Part shown: piece after piece, positions 56,662 to 64,000 of the stretch
Layout: the number at the start of each line of letters is the position of its first letter
Numbering within the stretch: the stretch's first letter is position 1
Origin: Bugula neritina
Taxonomy: Eukaryota; Animalia; Bryozoa
Reading direction: 5' to 3'
DNA length: 64,000 bases
NCBI GenBank assembly: GCA_964035545.1
Contig: OZ037772.1
Span: 11,964,818 to 12,028,817 of the forward strand
Translations under genes and position numbers: made by a program
Notes under the pieces: model-generated
Database searches by the model: none
The model's input: only the letters and a program-made list of their open reading frames with translations
Told to the model about the DNA's origin: nothing

Positions 56662-58050
56662 TTAAATATTATAGTAGGGTGTGTAATCTGGTTGACAAAA
56701 TTTTATACAGAGATATTTTGGCACATTTCTGCATTTTATTTTTCCAGCCACCAAGTCACATTGTCTTTTAGTTCCGTCTATTATAAATTTAGAGTACTTG
56801 CAGCATCCATAGTAACCCTGGAACAAAAAATATTCCATATAATTATCTTTTAGCTCCATACTTTTATGAGAACACAACTCTAAGAGGAGAATGTGAAACG
56901 TAATATCTATCAATTTGTTCAAATGAATTAAAATTAGCTGTGAGTGAAATTAATAGCCAGTTAAAGTGCTGGTATATAATAGTAAAGTATTCACAACTAT
57001 TTTAAAACTTTGTAGCAATTGAAACTTATATAATTGCAATGTTTAACTCCTTTAAAAGAAATAAAACAATACAAGGTGTATACATAGGCTATAATAAGCT
57101 ATTGTGTTTTAACTCGTACTATAACTACCCAGAAGATAGGTTTACTTAAGTGTACACCCACACTTCTTGCAAAATAACACACTTATATTTAGCTATTCTG
57201 ATATTGCAATATACCTACAATACGTCTCAATTATTAATTATTTTGTAATTAATCACATTGATATATCGTAATTAAAATTCGAGTTGGTTTCTTATTTACA
57301 ACCTATGTATAGAAACCATCTGATATGTTAATTATTTTAGAGTAATTTATTTTCTATTTTCTGATTCACGTGACATTCTCTTTTGTCTTATGTTTGTCAC
57401 AATAAATTATTCACTTTGAATGCTTATTTGCATATTATTTTGCCAAGATAAAAAACTAAGACTTTTCAAAAATATCCTTGCAAATTATGTGCACTTGACG
57501 AAACACTAATATCATAGTTAAAAAAACTTAATGATTCAAGTCCAACTTAATTGCTCATGTAGTGAATGACTCAATTTTGTTATTGTCAAGTTGTTAATAT
57601 GCTAAGTTATTCTAAAAATAGATAAAGCTTCTCACTGATTGATATGTCACTTTTCAATAATAAATATTGGATAAAATAGCCAGTAAATTGCGTGCTTGCT
57701 TCATGCATTCGGTCAGGAAAGTTATAATTTTTAGCTTTAATATAATGTTTACTAATTAGAATAGTTAAAAATGTTTGCAGAAGTTGGCTTACCAGATATT
57801 TTCAAGCGTTAATAATTTTTCATATAAAAACTGTGAGTGTTGCCCATTCATACTTTGTCAAAATCTCATTTTGTAAGTTTCAGACTCAAAACTTAAAGCG
57901 AAGTAGTATAGCTGATCTACTTATATTAAATAAAATACTTAACTAAAATTCATATTAGGATTTGAAATGAATTAATAGACTTACACCAATAGCGTGTGAA
58001 GTGGTGAAGAGACAGCCCAGAACAAGCAGAACTAACAATCCTATCTTCAT
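56662..58050 (-). CDS. Small secreted cysteine-rich peptide (73 aa; mature framework CC-C-C-C-C)
   Basis: Exon 58050-57985 encodes MKIGLLVLLVLGCLFTTSHAIG (donor GTAAGT). It joins in phase 0 via acceptor ttttttgttccag to exon 56817-56662, GYYGCCKYSKFIIDGTKRQCDLVAGKIKCRNVPKYLCIKFCQPDYTPYYNI*. Both splice sites are conserved in the duplicate. Confidence 0.8.
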
Positions 58051-60389
58051 GGTTGTTGTTGGTGAGTGACTGTGAATTAATTAGTCAGACTTCAAATCTA
58101 TAAATAAACGTAATAATAGTAATGATAATTTATCACCACTGTTTAGCTTTAAAATATGCAAGAGCAAATTTCCTTAAACAACGTTGCAATGCGTGCACTG
58201 TAGTAGCCTAAACTACTACTAATATAAACAAGCTAAACCTGAAGAGCAAATACAATAGGATTATGTTACAGACACAAATGATAAGCAATGATATATCAAT
58301 CTGATATGTAAATAAGTTATATGTAATACTATACCTGTGACTGTACTTGCAGATGCTCCAGGTGCTATTATAATACCTCCAAGGCTAAAGTAGGATACAG
58401 TTTCTATTACAACTTTAGCAAAGCAATGACAACAGATGCAGATATGTGACACTCTGTAAATGATCTGAAATTGGCTTGGCTTCTGTATATATACTACACT
58501 AGATCCTGTTCAATCAGCCAATCAGATGTGTAAATACTAATTTGATTGCTTACATTGCTAGGAGTCATCGTGATAATGATTCTCTGATAGAATGCTATCA
58601 ATTTACTACATCTGTTGGTTACATCATCAAAACAAATAATTCTACAGTAATATGTTTATGACGATGTATTCACAACAAAACATTAAAAAACTTGCATGTA
58701 AATACTACTTCCGTTATGAGTAATGGTTTGGCTTTTGACCTAAGATTTCTCAACTGATGCTTATTGAAACGTTTACAATGGAAATCTAATTTAATTGCAG
58801 TAGCTTTATCTAATATTATGCACTAATTATACGTATAATATCACTAGATGTTTGTTAACTGAATAAAATTCGAGCACCTACATATTGTCAGTATATAACA
58901 GCTTTCTTCCAAGTCTTAAAATAATTATGAAGTGCATATTTATTTGATAGTTTTACCTGCAGCTGTCTAGTGCTGGATTTTGCTGATAAATACAAGTTAT
59001 ATTCCAATCCAGCTTATGTTTCAAGTTTATTATCAAGTATTCATGTATGCTCATGTAATGGGGTCATTTTACTTAATTTAAAGCACACCATGTGTCATTT
59101 ATGAAAAAGCACACCTAAATTTGCTGAAAAATTGGAAAAAAAACATAGAAACTTAAAATAAAATAAAAAAAGTCCCGATTATTCACCTTATTTGTCAATA
59201 TTCTATGGGTTTAATGCAAGGAACTATATACAATGGCTGCTAAACAGTGAAAATAGCTAAAAACTAGAGATATATTATAGCTAGTACTAAATTAAGTTAA
59301 ATACTTTTTATCTCTTTTATATTGCTTCGAGTTTCGTAACAGTAGAATACTCAACATTCTTCCTTCTGATCTGAGCATGTATTCGTAAGAGTTTACAAAC
59401 TAATATGCCCCAATTAAGAGGATAACTCTTAAAAACACATTGCTGTTGGTACAGACTATCTCCATATCTCAATAAGAATGTTTAGAGTTTAGATAGTCAT
59501 TTGTTTATGTAAATTATTGCTAAACAAACAACACAGATACTTCATTTGACAAGCCATTTGTAGTGCAAAGCATAGATAAGATTGCTTGACTCATAATCTG
59601 TTGTTAATCAAAGAAACAGAAATATTTTTTTTCTTATAGTAAATGTATCAACAACGTATTGCGAAATAGTTGATCAAGATGCAGTGAGAGTAAAACCATA
59701 TAATATGCCAAAAGCCAACTCCTGTACCATGTTTATGATTGCACTGTATTATCATTGTATTTACATCAATAAACATAACAGCCTATCATCACATGTGGTT
59801 CCTGGCATCATAAAGTAATTTGTTTACTGTATAAATTATTATCAGTTAAATATAGAATACAATAATAAAACTGCCTTTACTAATATAATAAGATATCCTA
59901 TCTATTCACATACTATTACCACTTCCTATATCTATTCACATACTATCTCATCACTTATTCTGTGCCTCAGATAGTTTCAACTGATTGTATGTGAGGCGAA
60001 CATAGCGAGATATTACAATGGATACACTTCCTGTATCCTAAACTGTGTAGCAGAGCTGTGTCCGTGGTGAAAGAATTACAATATAACTGAAATCCCACTC
60101 AATCATCAGCAGCAGTGACGCGACTCCTCTAATAATCTAATAATTATTGGTTTTTAATTTAACTGGTTTCAGCAGTCAATTGCAACTAATATAATAAATA
60201 TACTAAAAAATCCTAAAGCTTATGAATTCTCCACTACTTAAACACCAATTTGTAAAGAAGTATCTTTGTACTGCTTCATAAGTAGTAGTTGCTGTGGTCT
60301 ATTAGATATTTAATGTAAAGACCAGTTAAAAATAAAATGGAACTATCAAACAATAACTCAGAATTGACACAGCCAGATAATAGGTACGG

Positions 60390-60520
60390 TATGACAGGTA
60401 GTTCTAATTTCTGAAGAGGAACTAAAAATATGGAGAAAGAATGCCACAGTTTCAGGCAACTCATTCCAATTAATGGTGGTTTATTAAAACTGTAGCTCAT
60501 AACCAAACAAATTAATATGA
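60390..60520 (-). mobile_element. Possible degraded LINE 3' fragment
   Basis: The minus strand encodes TINWNELPETVA, resembling the terminal WNxLP motif of LINE ORF2; otherwise disrupted. Confidence 0.3.
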
Positions 60521-62681
60521 AAAGACTAGAAACCAGGATGTTATAACCACTCCAACATTTCCGCTAGCGGTCTACCTGGTGGTCATAAAGCGGCGTTGGT
60601 AATATCTCTGCAAGACACCAAGTTCCTGATCTAATGACTAAGCCATGTAGGTAATGTGGAAGATAATGCAGAGGAAGTATTGAATACAAACCTTTCCTGG
60701 AATCATTCATCACTTTGATGTTTGCAGCTTACAAACTGGAAATATTAACTTTCAAAGGATACTGGTTATTAAGTTTGTTGTTTGTTGTTTTTTGCATTTT
60801 GTTTTTTTTTTGAGGAGCTAGCTAATCCTCACAGACAATGGAGATAGTATCTTAGCACCTTATTTATTTTGCTTTATCAATGGTTGCCATCATCTTGTAG
60901 CTTAAGCTCAAAGTCACATGACCTATTCAACATCAAATGACTCATTTAGAGTGGTAGAATTGTTACATGTGTATGTTTAGCAATAAACATGACTTTATGG
61001 CACCAATGACATCATTATGGCCTTATGGCACTAGTGAGTCAATAAAACTAAACAGAATAAAATAAATAAGCAATAAAAAAAACAATAACCTATCAAGTTG
61101 GGTAACAATGTGTGTATATTAAGCAACTGATTCAATCTGAACACATATTCCCATGTATTTGTATACTGTTGTTTTTATTTTTTTATTTGATTTACGTCTA
61201 GCTTGGCTTACAATCTGCCAACATTATTGAAACGCAGCACCACTCTATAAACCAAGAAACACAGTCTAAAGTCTAAGCAAAACCACACCATAATTACGTA
61301 CTATTGTATGAAAAGCTTGTGATAGACTCAGGCCCACAGACCTTTGAAATAAGGTTGATTCTAGCAAAATGATAGTTCTAGCAATCACGCCAAGTTTGGC
61401 AGTTTGGTATAATTATGTGTTGTGTATTATAACTCAAACTGTGCATACTCTTCTTTTTGCGTTACTAAGTAGTGGGTTGAAACCGGGAAAGTTCCGGGCT
61501 AATGTTCAAAGTCTTGTCAAACAGAAAAAACTGTTTAGAAAACATCACGTATAAGAATGGTTGTCAACTTCTAGCTATTTAAGGCTTGCCAAGGCTTTGA
61601 TGAATTACACACTAAGAAATAATTTATTGCTTCTACTCCTTAACTACTGGCATTTTTTATAACTCCCTTCTGTGTGCATATTACGTAAATTGTAACTCCA
61701 TTTTTGGCAAAGTTTCAAGATCTTACGTAATGAATGCACCAGCTGCACCAAGTTACCTGGATCCACTTTGTCAATGTACTAGTTAGTAATTTGTTTCTTA
61801 TTATAAAATAAATGTAGCTACAGAATAATTGGTTATATAGAAGGAAATATGCAGGTTAATAAGGCTTTAAAGTTATATAACCTGTTGCAGGTGCCACTTA
61901 TACTTCAGTTAGAGTGACTGCAAGCATAACACAAAGTTTCCCTTCCTACTTATATTGGATTTATGTCTACTAGTTTAGGCTTGCTGTCTGCTATGAAAGG
62001 CAGAAACAAGTGTTGGATATTTGACACCTACCAACAACCTGCACTTGCCTTTCACAATGCAGTAGGAGTCGTTGCACTGCAGTCTGCCAGCTGTTGGAAC
62101 ACATCTATCTTGCAAAGCTGTCATTGCAAAAACTCAATACAAATATTTGTCTCAGACAGATTAGACGTTTGTCAAGTTGTCACTATCTCCTAGTTCTGTA
62201 CATTCACAGGAAGTGGTGCCCATGGCATAAGTTCACTATTACTTAGAGTCAGATATGACTAGCTGTGGCATTGCATAAGGAGTTGTCTTTCCATGAAAGC
62301 AGCCTAGTTTATTGACATTTCTACAAGTCATTTCTTCTGTTGAAATTTATCTTAATTTATACCAAACTTGTGTGTATTATTAAAAAATGAGAAAATTCAA
62401 ATGTAACAATATATAGACTGATAAACACCCTTTTAAAAATTTTATGAAAAGTGAGAAAAAGAAATAAAAATGTTATATTTATATATCAGTAGAATGATAT
62501 CCTTGTATATAATAGGATATATAATCATGACTGGTAATCTATATTATAGTAATACACATAATAAATTATAAAAGGATATTGTTATACTGATGACTTGGTG
62601 ATTACCAGTGCAAATTTCGAATTCGAAAATTTGTGAATTGGTAGAAGTTATCTTCTATAAGTACAACAATTGGGTAATCCT

Positions 62682-64000
62682 TTAGCCTCTGTACCTTCCC
62701 TGCCTTCTCTGTCTGTTACGATTGGAACTTCTGCTGTATTGGGAGGTTGTCCAATAAGAAGTTGTCACCTCCACATGTTCTTCTAAAGCAAGTTAGACAA
62801 TTTTATTGCATATATATACATATAGTACATATCGCAAAACTTCAAAGCAGATCTTGTCGTACAAATATTTTAAATATTGTTGTTTATTCCAATATGCAAA
62901 CATAGCTTTCACTTTGCGAATATCCTATTAATGATAAAGAATGGATATAATATTTCATACTGCAGTAATGTTATTTATGATATAATAGCACACTTACTCT
63001 CGACTGGTACTAAATTTGCAGCGGTCGTAGGTGTAGCGTGTGTTGTAGTTGTGGGTGTAGTTGTGGTGGGTGTAGTTGTGGGTGTAGTTGTGGGTGTAGT
63101 TGTGGTGGGTGTAGTTGTGGTGCGTGTAGTTGTTGTGGGTGTAGTTGTGGTGGGTGTTGTGGTGAGTGTTGTGGTGGGTGTAGTTGTGGGTGTAGTTGTG
63201 GGTGTAGTTGTGGTGGGTGTAGTTGTGGTGGGTGTTGTGGTGGGTGTAGTAGTTGTGGGTGTAGTTGTGGTGGGTGTAGTTGTGGGTGTAGTTGTGGGTG
63301 TAGTTGTGGTGGGTGTAGTTGTGGTGGGTGTAGTTGTGGGTGTAGTTGTGGTAGGTGTAGTTGTTGTGGGTGTAGTTGTGGTGGGTGTAGTTGTGGTGGG
63401 TGTAGTTGTGGTGGGTGTAGTTATGGTGGGTGTAGTTGTGGTGGGTGTAGTTATGGTGGGTGTAGTTGTGGTGGGTGTTGTAGGTGTATTAGATGGTGAT
63501 CTAGTAGTTGTAGTTGCTGTGGATGTGGCAATGCTAGAAGCGACTAGTACTGAAGTTGTAGTAGTTAGTAATGTAGTAGTGGGTAATGTGGTAGTTGGTA
63601 ATGTGGTAGTTGGTAATGTGGTAGTTGGTAATGTGGTAGTGGGTAATGTGGTAGTTGGTAATGTGGTAGTTGGTAATGTGGTAGTTGGTAATGTGGTAGT
63701 TGGTAGTGTGGTAGTGGGTAATGTGGTAGTCGGTAATGTGGTAGTTGGTGATGCAGTAGTTGGAAATGCACTCATAGGTGACGAAGCAGTATATGAAGTA
63801 GTAGCAGTGAATGAAGTGTTGGGGCACTGTGAGCCCTCCAGTTGGTTGTTGATTTTGTCGGCATACAGAACACACCTCCTGGAACTCTGCCAAAACTCAA
63901 AACAGGAACAAGTAAACCCAGCGGCCGCGTAGCTCATGCACTGAATTTGACACTCTATTGGTGATCGTATTTCATTTATTGCGATTTTTCTATCGGAGGT
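62682..64000 (-). CDS. PAN/apple-domain mucin-like protein (paralog 2), 5' end outside the window
   Basis: Exon >64000-62998 encodes ...SDRKIAINEIRSPIECQIQCMSYAAAGFTCSCFEFWQSSRRCVLY..., then (TTLPT)n and (TTTPT)n. Donor GTAAGT at 62997 joins in phase 1 to exon 62782-62682, EHVEVTTSYWTTSQYSRSSNRNRQRRQGRYRG*. Confidence 0.82.
63040..63750. repeat. Coding 12/15-bp Thr-Pro tandem repeats in two blocks
   Basis: GGTGTAGTTGTG(GTG) units at about 63040-63480 and GGTAATGTGGTAGTT units at about 63570-63750. Confidence 0.95.

Larger units (their letters stand above)
53330..58980. repeat. Tandem segmental duplication, two diverged units (approx. 53330-56345 and 56350-58980)
   Basis: Collinear shared blocks include GCAATTGCAATAAA, TGTCACAATAAATTATTCACTTTGAATGCTTATTTGCATAT, GACTTACACCAATAGCGTGTGAAGTGGT, TAATACCTCCAAGGCT and CAATCAG…GTAAATACT. 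Confidence 0.88.

Noticed and set aside
56818-56922. N-terminal extensions of the peptide ORFs given in the ORF track (also 53790-53894)
   Set aside because: Intronic read-in; the conserved phase-0 acceptor lies immediately before GYYGCC in both copies.
61960-62300. Possible piggyBac-like Cys-rich C-terminal relic on the minus strand (GHHF…C…TCF/AFH)
   Set aside because: Requires several frameshifts and there is no catalytic domain or TIR; too weak to call by eye.
62877-63932. Val/Gly-rich and metallothionein-like (CSCGG)n plus-strand ORFs
   Set aside because: Antisense shadows of the Thr-Pro repeats in PAN-mucin paralog 2.

Overview
AT-rich, intron-rich animal genomic DNA, probably a non-vertebrate such as a lophotrochozoan; the taxon is an inference and was not checked. 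The ORF track only catches single exons, so gene models were built by hand from GT-AG junctions with reading phases checked. From left to right: (1) the 3' end of a CR1/L2-type LINE; (2) an actinoporin/cytolysin-like ORF interrupted by one in-frame TGA; (3) a complete 19-coding-exon LRSAM1 (743 aa), whose introns hold a 203-bp-arm hairpin and several minisatellites built from its own splice sites; (4) a convergent 8-exon gene for a type I membrane protein with an NHL beta-propeller ectodomain and a cytoplasmic ITAM, the best candidate for an undescribed system; (5) a secreted PAN/apple-mucin; (6) an 18-bp repeat that reads as Gly-X-Y on both strands, next to a foldback element; (7) a divergent 5-exon Bcl-2-family gene with a Bcl-rambo-like repeat insert before its tail anchor; (8) a tandem duplication with one intact and one decayed small secreted six-cysteine peptide gene; (9) a second, inverted PAN-mucin paralog cut by the window edge. 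Most genes have plausible defence, cell-death or surface roles. Family assignments come from recognising motifs by eye; no database searches were run.
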